This document shows positions 30,503-40,505 of a stretch of DNA of 64,000 bases, one piece after another. The position numbers and the translations under genes are program-made. Within the stretch, counting starts at the first letter, position 1, and each line of letters opens with the position of its first letter. Origin of the DNA: Candidatus Poribacteria bacterium (GTDB lineage: Bacteria > Poribacteria > WGA-4E > WGA-3G); contig OZ240248.1 of assembly GCA_965198235.1 (NCBI GenBank), positions 1,056,001 through 1,120,000 on the forward strand, given 5' to 3'. Under the pieces are notes generated by a model. It ran no database searches. It had not been told where the DNA came from and saw only the letters and a program-made list of their open reading frames with translations.

Positions 30503-31165
30503 ATGGACAGAGAAAACCAAAACGAGCCAAGTACAGTAGTTGACCACATACTCCGGAAAATAGAAGAAAAAGCGGACACTGGGGAATACATCTACCGCGG
30601 AGAATCAAAACACTTTGAGACAGTTTCCTCAAATCTTTATCGTGTCTTCCTTGAACACAAAGACTTTGATGTTGAAGCAGAACAATTGGATATAGAGGTG
30701 GTCCAGAAAGGGATGCTGGAGGAGGCGAAAAAATATCTCCGCAGAACAGGCAGCGATTGCGAACTCCTCGTCGAAATGCAACACTACGGAGGAAAAACCA
30801 ACCTCATCGACTTCACGATAGATTGTTTCGTCGCGCTTTTCTTTGCATGTGAGCAATTCGCTAGTGAAAATGGCAGGATTATTTGTCAAAGAAAGGAACT
30901 GCTAAGTCCATCCATCAAGGAACCGCCCGAACCAATAAACCGTGTCGTCTCCCAGAAAAGCATATTTGTTCGGCCATCCAAGGGCTTTATCGATCCTAGC
31001 GAGGACGATGTAATCAATATTCCGGCAAACATCAAAGTGCCCATGCTAGAACACCTACGAACGGCTCATGATATATCTACTGAAACCATCTACAACGACA
31101 TCCATGGTTTTATTAGATATCAGAATGACCATCTGGAAGCCTATGTAGCGTTTTATCGGTCTTAA
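30503..31165 (+). CDS. FRG domain protein (possibly the N-terminal part of a split FRG-TPR gene)
   Basis: YIYRGE, MQHYGGKTNLIDFT, ALFFAC, NRVVSQKSIF. Confidence 0.8.
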   Translation: MDRENQNEPSTVVDHILRKIEEKADTGEYIYRGESKHFETVSSNLYRVFLEHKDFDVEAEQLDIEVVQKGMLEEAKKYLRRTGSDCELLVEMQHYGGKTNLIDFTIDCFVALFFACEQFASENGRIICQRKELLSPSIKEPPEPINRVVSQKSIFVRPSKGFIDPSEDDVINIPANIKVPMLEHLRTAHDISTETIYNDIHGFIRYQNDHLEAYVAFYRS

Positions 31166-31187
31166 CCGCATAATAAGGAGACACGGA

Positions 31188-32633
31188 ATGGCTACCCAAA
31201 CGCAACAGGCGCGTTATGAGCACGCCATCAAACATCTTAATAGGGCCATTGAACTGAAAGTGGATTTCGTCGCTGCCTATATCCGCCGTGGCAATTTTCA
31301 CCGTGACGTGAACAAGTTTGATCTCGCAATTGAGGACTATAACACCGCAATCAGGCTGACTGGATCGCCTGCTGAGGCATACTACAATCGCGGGGTCGCT
31401 TACGGTATGAAAGGTGAGGTTGACAAAGCAATTAATGACTTCACCCAAGCGATACAATACGAACCAGATTATACCGAAGCCTATTACTGCCGCGGCAACG
31501 CTTACAGCAGCAAATACAAGTTTGATCTCGCTATAAAAGATTGTGACAAGGCGATACAACTCAACCCGGATGCTGCCAATGCCTATCTCATTCGAGGCAA
31601 TATCTACGGTAACAGAGGTGAGTTTAACCGTGCCATTGCAGACTTTACTAAAGCGATAGAATTGGATCCCGATGCTGCTAATGTCTATACCATCCGCGCG
31701 AAAGCCTACAAAGCCAAAGGTGATATTGTCAGGGCTATTGCAGACTATAGCAAGGTGATAGAATTAGATTCGGACCATGTCGAAGCATATCACAATCGTG
31801 GCAATGCTTATTTCATTAAGCGGGAGTTCGAGCGTGCCATCGTAGACCATACAGAGGCAATACGGCTCAATCCTTATGATGCGGAAGTTCATTTTACTCG
31901 TGGCAAAGTCTACGCCTTCAAAGGGGATTCTGATTTGGCAATTGCTGACTGCAAACGAGCGATAGAGCTCGATGCAGATGCTGCCAATGCCTATGTCGTC
32001 CTCGGCATTGCTTATAGCAGGAAAGGCGATTTTAAATTGGCTATTGCAAACTATACGAAAGCAATCGAATTGTCTTCTGATCTTGCCTATCCCTATTATG
32101 AGCGTGGCATTGCTTACAGCAACATAGGCGAGTTTGACAAAGCTATCACAGACTATACACAAGCGATAAAGTTGACCCAACATCCTGCTGCGGTTTATTA
32201 CAATCGTGGCAATGCTTACATGCCCAAGGGCGATTTTAATAGGGCCCTTGAAGACTATACGCGGGCTTTAGCATTAGATCCTGACTATGGACCAGCTTAT
32301 TACAATCGCGCTCTTGCTTGGTTACACAAGCAAGAATGGGAGAAAGCCAGATCCGACCTGGTTGATGCTAGAACTCGGGGTATCAATTCATTCCGCAATA
32401 CTCAACAAAGCGTAAAAAATTTTGAGAGGGAGATCGATATCGAGTTACCTGAAGACATCGCTACAATGTTGACGTTGCAGGATGAGCAGTCCCAAACTCA
32501 ATCTACAGGGAAAATTCTATTCCGGTCTCAAAGCAGAATTGAAGATGACCCATTTGAGGACAGCACAGCAATGCTTCAACAAGTGGAGCCGTTTGCTATT
32601 CCTTCCGTATCAATAAATCAATTCCAAGGTTAA
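31188..32633 (+). CDS. Tetratricopeptide repeat protein (about 11 TPRs)
   Basis: Repeated AYYNRGxAY...AIxDYxxAIxLxP units of 34 aa. Confidence 0.9.
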   Translation: MATQTQQARYEHAIKHLNRAIELKVDFVAAYIRRGNFHRDVNKFDLAIEDYNTAIRLTGSPAEAYYNRGVAYGMKGEVDKAINDFTQAIQYEPDYTEAYYCRGNAYSSKYKFDLAIKDCDKAIQLNPDAANAYLIRGNIYGNRGEFNRAIADFTKAIELDPDAANVYTIRAKAYKAKGDIVRAIADYSKVIELDSDHVEAYHNRGNAYFIKREFERAIVDHTEAIRLNPYDAEVHFTRGKVYAFKGDSDLAIADCKRAIELDADAANAYVVLGIAYSRKGDFKLAIANYTKAIELSSDLAYPYYERGIAYSNIGEFDKAITDYTQAIKLTQHPAAVYYNRGNAYMPKGDFNRALEDYTRALALDPDYGPAYYNRALAWLHKQEWEKARSDLVDARTRGINSFRNTQQSVKNFEREIDIELPEDIATMLTLQDEQSQTQSTGKILFRSQSRIEDDPFEDSTAMLQQVEPFAIPSVSINQFQG

Positions 32634-32802
32634 AGAAGATTTATAAACTAATGTGAGTTTGATAATAGGCGAGGTTTCCCAACCTCGCCAGCGGCGCGGG
32701 GCGTTTTCGGAACTAAAATGGGTTGAAATCGTCCGTTTTCCTCTGGTTTCCAAGATTTTCTAATCAATGTTTCCACATTGGGATTTACTCAAAGGGAACA
32801 AG

Positions 32803-32831
32803 TTGACTCCACACACATTTTGTGCTATTCT
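32803..32831 (+). promoter_or_regulatory. Sigma70-type promoter for the sulfatase genes
   Basis: TTGACT-17 bp-TATTCT with TGn. Confidence 0.5.
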
Positions 32832-32887
32832 ACAGGCACGGATGACATTCGTAAAACCAACTAAAATCTCTGAAATTTAGGAACACC

Positions 32888-34300
32888 ATGCCTGCAAAGC
32901 AACATCCCAATCTTCTCATCATCATGTCCGACGAGCACGCACCGATGTACAGCGGTCCGTACGGACACTCTCTCGTTCAAACCCCGCACATGGATAGACT
33001 CGCTGAAGAGGGTGTTACTTTCACCAATGCTTACTGCAATTCACCCCTCTGTATGCCGTCCCGGATGTCCTTCATGACGGGTAGGTACATCCATCACATC
33101 GGCGCGTGGGACAACGCGGCACCCCTGCGTCCAGATGCTGTCACGTGGGCACACCTCTTACGGGCAGAAGGCTACGATGTCGTTCTCTCTGGAAAACAGC
33201 ACTTCGGTGGGCTGGATCAGCTCCACGGGTTTCGCGCCCAACTCGCCCGAGATTTACACGCAGAACGACAGCACGGACTTACAGACTGGGATAACGGCAC
33301 ACCACCAGCACCGCGCCCGTGGCAGGGGTTGGCACAAGCCGGTCCGGGAACAACAGAGGAGATTGAAGTAGACGACCTCGCAGAAGCAGAGGCTCTGACG
33401 TATCTCCGAGATCCAGCACGGCACGAACAGCCGTGGGCACTCAATGTTTCGTTTATCGCACCACACTTCCCGCTCGTTGTGCCGCAACGATTTTGGGACC
33501 TTTACCCACTTAAGGAAATTGATCTCCCCGACATTCCGGAGGGACACCTCGAAAACCAACATCCCGTCTACCAACGGATGCGGCGCATGTTCGGTTGTGT
33601 TGATTTTCCCGAAGAACTTGTCCGCCGCGGGAGGGCTGGCTATTATGGGTTGATTACTTATCTTGATGAAAAAATTGGTAGGTTGCTCAAGACACTTGAG
33701 GAGACGGGACAGTTGGAGAATACGGTTGTCGTCTGTACCAGCGATCACGGCGAGATGAATGGCGAGCACGGCATGTGGCGAAAATCGAATTTCTATGAGG
33801 CATCCGTTCGCGTGCCGCTACAGATAATGTTCCCTGACCGATTGTCTGCAGGCAAGCGTATTGATGAGGTCGTCTCGCTTGTGGATCTTACAGCAACGCT
33901 TGTTGATATTGCGGATGCTCCGTCCTTAGGTCAACTGGATGGGGACAGTTTGCTGCCTTTGATGCGCGGTGCCGAAAGTGATTGGAAAGATTTCGCGTTC
34001 TCCGAATACCTCGCACATGGAGTCGAACGACCGATGGCGATGCTGCGGAAAGGGAGATACAAATTCAACTATGGCCTCGGTGATGCACCAGAACTTTATG
34101 ATATTGCCGAAGATCCCAATGAATTTCGGAATCTCGCCAATGAAGTGGCATATCAAGCAATCTGCCAAGAACTTGAAGCACAACTATTAGCGGAGTGGGA
34201 TCCCGTTGGAATCGAAAAACAGGTTCGAACGAGTCAAAAAGCCCGTATTCTGGTGGATCAGGTCACTGAAGGACAGTGGAGAAAACCTCCTGATTCGTAG
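32888..34300 (+). CDS. Sulfatase (choline-sulfatase-like)
   Basis: IMSDEH, CMPSR, SGKQH, TSDHGEM, WRKSNFYE. Confidence 0.9.
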   Translation: MPAKQHPNLLIIMSDEHAPMYSGPYGHSLVQTPHMDRLAEEGVTFTNAYCNSPLCMPSRMSFMTGRYIHHIGAWDNAAPLRPDAVTWAHLLRAEGYDVVLSGKQHFGGLDQLHGFRAQLARDLHAERQHGLTDWDNGTPPAPRPWQGLAQAGPGTTEEIEVDDLAEAEALTYLRDPARHEQPWALNVSFIAPHFPLVVPQRFWDLYPLKEIDLPDIPEGHLENQHPVYQRMRRMFGCVDFPEELVRRGRAGYYGLITYLDEKIGRLLKTLEETGQLENTVVVCTSDHGEMNGEHGMWRKSNFYEASVRVPLQIMFPDRLSAGKRIDEVVSLVDLTATLVDIADAPSLGQLDGDSLLPLMRGAESDWKDFAFSEYLAHGVERPMAMLRKGRYKFNYGLGDAPELYDIAEDPNEFRNLANEVAYQAICQELEAQLLAEWDPVGIEKQVRTSQKARILVDQVTEGQWRKPPDS

Positions 34301-34417
34301 TCGACCATTTCCGAGAGCGGCAAGCGACTTACCGAGTTTTTGGCTTGAAGAATCTGCTGGGGTATGCTATGCTGCAGGCATCACAAATCAAAAGAATTCT
34401 TGCGTCGGAGTGTTTTG

Positions 34418-35839
34418 ATGTCTCGTTCAATATCTAAGCAACCCAATCTCGTCTATGTTTTCGCCGATCAGCTCCGCTACCAGTCATGTGGCTACGCTGG
34501 CGATACCCGCGCGCACACACCCAATATTGACCGACTTGCCACGGAGGGTGTGAATTTCTGCCACGCTGTCTCCGGTAGTCCAATGTGTGCTCCGTATCGT
34601 GCCTCACTCTTCACCGGCAAATACGCAAGTAGCACCGGTATGGTGATTAATGAACTCCGCATGAACCCGAACCATGACTGTTTCGGCCATGTTTTACATC
34701 GCAACGGTTACCAGACAAGCTACATCGGCAAGTGGCATCTGTGGGCAAATCAATTAGGGAGGCACAGCGACCCCAAGAATTCCTACATTCCCCCCGGACA
34801 GCATCGGCTCGGTTTCGATGGCGAGTGGTCGGCTTACAATTTTCATCACTTGTACTTTGACACATATTATCACAAGGACTCGCCTGAAAAGATCGTGCTA
34901 CCCGGTTATGAACCGGACGGTCAAACCGATATGGCAATCGATTACCTACAATGGGCATCAACGAGTGATGATCCGTTCGCGCTTTTCCTCTCAATTGGGA
35001 CACCGCACGACCCATGGACGCAAGACAACGTTCCAGCCGCTGATTATGAGATGTTCCGGGATGTTGATTTCCCGTTACTGCCAAACTATCGCGATGAAAA
35101 TGATCCTTACGGCGATACATGGGCTATTATGTCCCCTGCAGAACGTACTGCGCTGCCTGAATGGATGCGCGTCTATTACGCCATGACTACCAATCTGGAT
35201 AGGAATATCGGAAGGTTGTTGCACGCTGTTGACGATCTGGGATTGCGCGACAATACAATCTTTGTTTTCACTTCCGATCACGGTGAAATGTTTGGTGCGC
35301 AGGGTCGCCGTGCAAAGAATATCTTTTATGAGGAAGCGGTGCGCGTTCCATTTCTGGTTCGGTGGCAAGGACAAATTCCGGAAGGACACGTCTCAGATGC
35401 ATGCCTGAACACGCCGGACATCATGCCAACGCTGTTGTCAATGATGGATCTGCCGATTCCAGAGGATGTTGAAGGGACGGATCTCAGCGACGCTGCGTTT
35501 GACCGACCCACTGATGAACCGGATGCGGCGTTCATGCAGGGAATGGGATGTACCGCCAAGTGGGAGGACGGTTACGAGTGGCGCGCACTCCGTACAAAGC
35601 GATATACCTACGCCATCCATCGTCCAGATCGGAGTGAGAAACTCTTCGATAATATCGCTGATCCGTTCCAAACCCGTAATCTAATTGATGAACCCGAATC
35701 AACCGAACTCCGAGAGCGGTATCGGGCAATGTTAAAGCAGCGCATGGATGCGCTCAACGATACCTTTGAGGCGTGTACGTGGTATCGCGATAATTGGACA
35801 AAGGATCGGATTATCCTGCGTACAGCGACATTGACTTGA
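34418..35839 (+). CDS. Sulfatase
   Basis: VFADQ, CAPYR, GKWH, TSDHGEM. Confidence 0.95.
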   Translation: MSRSISKQPNLVYVFADQLRYQSCGYAGDTRAHTPNIDRLATEGVNFCHAVSGSPMCAPYRASLFTGKYASSTGMVINELRMNPNHDCFGHVLHRNGYQTSYIGKWHLWANQLGRHSDPKNSYIPPGQHRLGFDGEWSAYNFHHLYFDTYYHKDSPEKIVLPGYEPDGQTDMAIDYLQWASTSDDPFALFLSIGTPHDPWTQDNVPAADYEMFRDVDFPLLPNYRDENDPYGDTWAIMSPAERTALPEWMRVYYAMTTNLDRNIGRLLHAVDDLGLRDNTIFVFTSDHGEMFGAQGRRAKNIFYEEAVRVPFLVRWQGQIPEGHVSDACLNTPDIMPTLLSMMDLPIPEDVEGTDLSDAAFDRPTDEPDAAFMQGMGCTAKWEDGYEWRALRTKRYTYAIHRPDRSEKLFDNIADPFQTRNLIDEPESTELRERYRAMLKQRMDALNDTFEACTWYRDNWTKDRIILRTATLT

Positions 35840-35870
35840 CTGATCTCTATGTTAGAGTGAAGGTATATGG

Positions 35871-36002
35871 TTGGACAGTTTTTAATATGATATCTCTAAT
35901 GCCCTTAATCTCACGCAAGGCGAACAGGATGGCGTGTATGAAGCGATTGTTAATCTTGTAGAATTGCTCCTGCGGAAAGCGAAAATTTTGAAGGGGAGAT
36001 AG
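35871..36002 (+). pseudogene. Gene-end remnant, resembling the C-terminus of type IIG restriction-methylase proteins
   Basis: LDSF*YDISNALNLTQGEQDGVYEAIVNLVELLLRKAKIL*; no start or upstream body. Confidence 0.35.
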
Positions 36003-36038
36003 GAGTTGATAGGAGAACGTAGTACATAGCGACTCTGG

Positions 36039-36795
36039 TTTTGCTCCAGCGGAGCAATATGTCTATAGCGCGAGTGGCGTTTCCAGTCTTCTGCTCCAGC
36101 GGAGCGGTATATAATTTTGAAAACTCACCGGCAATGTGGTGTAATTTGAGAAATCAGACGAGTTGGATGAAGCCATTCTTCGACTAAGGTCTCTCCGAGG
36201 ACTGTTCTGTTGCTCAGGCCAATTTGAGTTAGCATGGTAGAATCTTGTAATCTACATTGTGGAGGTTTTATGGCACAAAGAATGATTTTTACTTGGAATC
36301 TGGATTTGGAATCGTTCAATAAAATTTTGGGAGAGCCCAATCTGTTGGACCTACGCAGTGAATTTGAAATGAGAGGGAATTCGCTTTCTCGGAGTTTACT
36401 AATTTGGGAAAGAAATGGGATGGCCAACAATTGGTCGTTATTAGATGTTGGGAACGAGAGGTTTTATCATATTGTCAACCGACATCGCCAGAGGGCTCTG
36501 GACACTTTCCCTGAGCTTGTAGAATCATTAGGGAACAATCCGGAAACGCGGCATGCTATATTATCAGCAGCGACGAATGCGATTTTTGATGCGAATCAAA
36601 GCGGTTATTTGTCAACCAAAACCAGGACCACTGAAAATACAAATCCAATGCAACAAGTATTTAAAGCAGGGATGCCCGATTCATCAACAAAATCTGATTA
36701 ATATCCAGTTAATTTGATTAGGCACATATCGCTCTGCTGGAGCGAGGCCTGAAGCGATTCATGTGCTATAGACATCCCGCTCCGCTGGAGCGAAA
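36039..36795. mobile_element. About 70-bp inverted REP-doublet ends enclosing a cargo ORF
   Basis: Left 36039-36112 and right 36726-36795 each hold two GCTCCAGCGGAGC-type palindromes plus ATGTCTATAGC, in inverted orientation. Confidence 0.6.
36270..36701 (+). CDS. Hypothetical protein (AT-rich cargo)
   Basis: GGAGG RBS, 143-aa ORF, no recognised motif. Confidence 0.6.
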   Translation: MAQRMIFTWNLDLESFNKILGEPNLLDLRSEFEMRGNSLSRSLLIWERNGMANNWSLLDVGNERFYHIVNRHRQRALDTFPELVESLGNNPETRHAILSAATNAIFDANQSGYLSTKTRTTENTNPMQQVFKAGMPDSSTKSD

Positions 36796-36810
36796 GTTGA
36801 GAAATCAACA

Positions 36811-37041
36811 ATGATTCAGAACGATCAAGAACTTGAGGCAACATTGGCGCGCATCAGACGCTTTCAAAAACAGATCAAAAGACTCCGGGAAGTCGAAACC
36901 AACCCGCAGAATTATCGACTCTCCGTGGGCGGTTTCCTTGCTGAAATCGATCGAATGAATCTGGATGTCAGAGAATATTTATCTATTCATCTGAGCGAAT
37001 TGATAGAACAGATGAAATGTGCTTTTCAGTCCAAGCAATAA
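36811..37041 (+). CDS. Small helical hypothetical protein
   Basis: 76-aa ORF MIQNDQELEATLARIRRFQ... Confidence 0.6.
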   Translation: MIQNDQELEATLARIRRFQKQIKRLREVETNPQNYRLSVGGFLAEIDRMNLDVREYLSIHLSELIEQMKCAFQSKQ

Positions 37042-37089
37042 CAGGTCTGATTTTCGCGGGTAGCAGTCTATTGATAAGGAGGTAAAACC

Positions 37090-38199
37090 ATGGATAAGAA
37101 ATACCGTATTCATAACGTTGAAACGATACCGAGTCCATCGCTGGTTGTCTATCTCGAACAGGTTCAATATAACATTGAGCATGCAATTGCGACCGTCGGT
37201 GGAGATGTCTCGAAGCTCAGACCGCATGCGAAAACGCATAAAACTGCTGAGATTATCACTATGGAACGTGATGCTGGCATCCTTAAGCACAAATGCGCGA
37301 CGTTGCGAGAAGCAGAAATGCTGGCGCAGAACGGCATAGAGGATATTTTGATTGCCTATCAGATGGTGGGACCGAATGTCAACCGTTTTGTTTCGCTACA
37401 GCAGAAGTACCCGGATGCTGATTTTAAGGTCATCGTCGATCACCAAGAAGCGGTAACGGCACTCTCGTCAGCAGTAGCAAAGTATGGCTTGAACGTCAAA
37501 GTCATGCTGGATCTGGATGTCGGGATGCACCGCACAGGTGTACCCGTCGGTGATACCGCTGTGGACATCTACGCGCAGATTGAAGCGGCAGACGGGTTAC
37601 AGCCCTGGGGATTACACGTCTATGATGGACATATCCACGATGAAGATGTCGCCGAGCGGAAGGCATCCTGTGATAAGAGTCTTGTGCAAGTAGAGGAGAT
37701 GCAGGATAGACTCGTTGCCAAAGGGCTTGCGGTGCCGTTGATTGTGATGGGTGGCACACCGACCTTTCCTATTTATGCGGAGACTCCGGGTGTGGAGGCA
37801 TCGCCTGGCACTTTCGTTTTTCATGATTACGGTTACAGCACTCACTTTCCCGATCTCGGTTTTACCCCTGCCGCACTGCTCCTGAGCCGTGTGATTAGTA
37901 TTCCGACGCCTCATAGAATTACCCTTGATTTAGGGCATAAAGCCATCGCCGCGGATCCTGATGGCGTGCGAGGGATCGTTTTGGATGTTGACGGTGCTGA
38001 AGTGGACAAGCAGCACGAGGAGCATTGGGCGATTAACGTTCCTGACAGTTCGCCGATGCACATCGGGCAAGAGATTTATGTCTGTCCGACACATATCTGT
38101 CCGTGTGTGGCACTACATCCTTTTTACTATGTCGTAGATGCCGATGGGTATTGCCGGGGGACATGGGAGGTCACAGCACGCAATCGGACTGCTGCGTGA
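37090..38199 (+). CDS. PLP-dependent D-threonine aldolase/DSD1-family enzyme
   Basis: LRPHAKTHK, LDVGMHRTG, YDGH, GGTPT, EEH, PTHIC. Confidence 0.9.
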   Translation: MDKKYRIHNVETIPSPSLVVYLEQVQYNIEHAIATVGGDVSKLRPHAKTHKTAEIITMERDAGILKHKCATLREAEMLAQNGIEDILIAYQMVGPNVNRFVSLQQKYPDADFKVIVDHQEAVTALSSAVAKYGLNVKVMLDLDVGMHRTGVPVGDTAVDIYAQIEAADGLQPWGLHVYDGHIHDEDVAERKASCDKSLVQVEEMQDRLVAKGLAVPLIVMGGTPTFPIYAETPGVEASPGTFVFHDYGYSTHFPDLGFTPAALLLSRVISIPTPHRITLDLGHKAIAADPDGVRGIVLDVDGAEVDKQHEEHWAINVPDSSPMHIGQEIYVCPTHICPCVALHPFYYVVDADGYCRGTWEVTARNRTAA

Positions 38200-38204
38200 G
38201 CTTT

Positions 38205-38468
38205 TTAATTTACGGCCCCTGGCCCGCTGCGTCCGTTGTCCTTGCGGGTTTTCGGTTAAATTTCAACGTCTTATAGCATAAACTGTTAGTTTGGGCAAGT
38301 CTAACAAAACCCAAGCCTGCAACAACGGCGCAGGGTGTTTTTGCTTGGGGTTTTTGATAGGGCGTTTCTGCGGATTTCTGCGTATTGCTTGGGTGTTTCT
38401 TCAACTCGAATACGAAAACTGCTAAATCCTCAAATACCGATACTTATCCGCAAGGTATAATTAAAAAA
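38205..38468. repeat. Composite intergenic repeat between convergent genes
   Basis: CCTTGCGG...GGGTGTTTTTGCTTGGGGTTTTTGATAGGGCGTTTCTGCGG...CCGCAAGGTATAATTAAAA. Confidence 0.7.
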
Positions 38469-38471
38469 CGC

Positions 38472-40424
38472 TCAGGGCCACGGAAAGAAGGGGGCTGGCA
38501 CATTCGCGCCCCAACTGATGAGCGTCCATATAACCGCCATGCTGAATTCCCCGAAGACCATGCCTAAGAAGAACGGACGGAGTCGCTGATATTGTCGAAT
38601 ACCGCTGTAACGTAGGAGCGGCGTTTTAATGCCCCATGCGATGAAAACCGGAAACCAGAACACAATCAGGGTCCACGAAGCCGATAGCGCGTACCCAAGG
38701 GGATGAAGGGGCCACCACCAATATAACATCCTCAAGACGACTAAGCCTGTTGTCACTAACGCTCCAATGCCAAAAAAGAGTCCCCCTGTTGTGCGGAGAT
38801 CTGTCCCTAATCCTTCCATCGCCGCAACGTTGTCCTGAAATGCCCAAAGCGGATTGCCGCGATAAGTGTAGCTATACATATAATTGGCACCGTAGGTATA
38901 CGGAAGCCATAAATGAATGATTGCTGCGCATAGAAATGCGAGCGTACTGCCTAATACAAACACGCCTACCAATGAACGGTGAGACATTCCTACCCGATCC
39001 CTAATTTTTAAACCATCTAAAAATCCTGTGAGGATTAATCCGCGCTGATCGCGGGTGAAGATCGCATCGAGGAGTGACAGCACGGTGAGGCTCTGCGCGC
39101 CCAGTGCGGCTTTGGTTGAGATGAGTTGGTAGAGATCCAGTGGTCGGAACGATGTTTCTGTCATTAGCAGCCCACCTTCTGCCGTGCTACGTGCCATCAC
39201 CACGGCAACAATGCCCACATAGACCAGTATCTCAAACGCCGCGAACCCTAAATTCAGTCCTGCTGTATAGCACCACCCTATCGCGAGAATTAAACTGATG
39301 ATGAGTCCCCAAACTGCCGTGCGGTAAGGCAAAAGTTCCGCCGTATCATCCGCTTTAGTTGCAGTAAAAGCGCGACGGAACACCTGCCGAAAGTGCGGGA
39401 ATCCCATATAGATAAATGAAATTACGAGTACCATATAAGCCCCAGCAACTTGGTAACCGATATAAAGTCGAGTTGGGTAGAGCGGCATGGTGCTTACCCG
39501 CCAACCAAATATTGCAGCGACAACATCTTGAAACCGTGTGAGGAGAAAAAAGAACCATAGACTGAAAAGGAGTTGGGTGGGGAGTAGATAAAAGAACCCT
39601 ACCGCCGCGAAGGAGAGAAAAATCGGTGTGTAAACCATAGCATTGAACGGTCGTTCTGTGAAGTATTGATTGAGGATGTACCTCAGCGGTAGATTCGGAA
39701 TTTGGGGCCAAATTTCATGAAGTCCGTTCAACGTAAAAATGAGGGCGGGCAGTGCAAACCCTAACCACATCAGGCGGTTCCGAAGAAAGCCGCGTCCCTC
39801 GTGTACAAACTCAAGCGGTAGGGAGACTAACGGAAATGTGAGTTTTTCGTTTTCAATCCATTGTTTACGTAAAATTGCTGCTAAGCAGAGAAACGCCGTG
39901 AACACCAAAAAGACAAGCACACCCCAGATGCATAGTGGCTCTACCCATGCGCGCCACGGAACACTGTCTCCTGTTTGTATACCCTCATAGAAATTGATGG
40001 CGATAGCTGCTTGTCCTTTCTGTTCAGGCGAAAAGGGGATTAACCACGGCTTGATATGTGGGAAAAAGAGGGTGTCCCAACTGTTGGTTTCGTTGGTAAA
40101 GTAGTTGACGGCGATGAGGGCGGGGATGAGTTTCTCCATGACACCGCGTGATGATATCATCGATGCAACGAGCATCATGCAGTAAATGCACATCAATTCG
40201 CGAGGGGACAACCCAAAACGGTCATTCAATCTTTCAAGCAACCGATTCCCTAATACCAGAAAGAAGAATAACCCAATAACCGCAGGTGGCAGCTGTAAAA
40301 ACCCGATTTGGATGTAGGTAATTACTAATTCGGCGTAAGAGACGATGCAACATATAGCGATAACGAAACAGGTGCCGAGCAGGAAGGAACGTCCTGAGAG
40401 ACGGTTTTCATTTGCAGGAAGCAA
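38472..40424 (-). CDS. Polytopic membrane protein (OPT-like/DUF6785-6784 putative transporter)
   Basis: LRKQWIENEKLTFPL, WWPLHPLGYA, many TM helices. Probable TTG start after GAGG; the ORF-track first residues lie in the adjacent IS end. Confidence 0.75.
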   Translation of the reverse strand: MLPANENRLSGRSFLLGTCFVIAICCIVSYAELVITYIQIGFLQLPPAVIGLFFFLVLGNRLLERLNDRFGLSPRELMCIYCMMLVASMISSRGVMEKLIPALIAVNYFTNETNSWDTLFFPHIKPWLIPFSPEQKGQAAIAINFYEGIQTGDSVPWRAWVEPLCIWGVLVFLVFTAFLCLAAILRKQWIENEKLTFPLVSLPLEFVHEGRGFLRNRLMWLGFALPALIFTLNGLHEIWPQIPNLPLRYILNQYFTERPFNAMVYTPIFLSFAAVGFFYLLPTQLLFSLWFFFLLTRFQDVVAAIFGWRVSTMPLYPTRLYIGYQVAGAYMVLVISFIYMGFPHFRQVFRRAFTATKADDTAELLPYRTAVWGLIISLILAIGWCYTAGLNLGFAAFEILVYVGIVAVVMARSTAEGGLLMTETSFRPLDLYQLISTKAALGAQSLTVLSLLDAIFTRDQRGLILTGFLDGLKIRDRVGMSHRSLVGVFVLGSTLAFLCAAIIHLWLPYTYGANYMYSYTYRGNPLWAFQDNVAAMEGLGTDLRTTGGLFFGIGALVTTGLVVLRMLYWWWPLHPLGYALSASWTLIVFWFPVFIAWGIKTPLLRYSGIRQYQRLRPFFLGMVFGEFSMAVIWTLISWGANVPAPFFPWP

Positions 40425-40505
40425 TATTGCACTGTCCTCTGTCAAGGCACCCACTGCCTAAAGGCAGGGGCTTGTGCTTCATAGACAGCAGCCTTTCAGA
40501 AGGTC

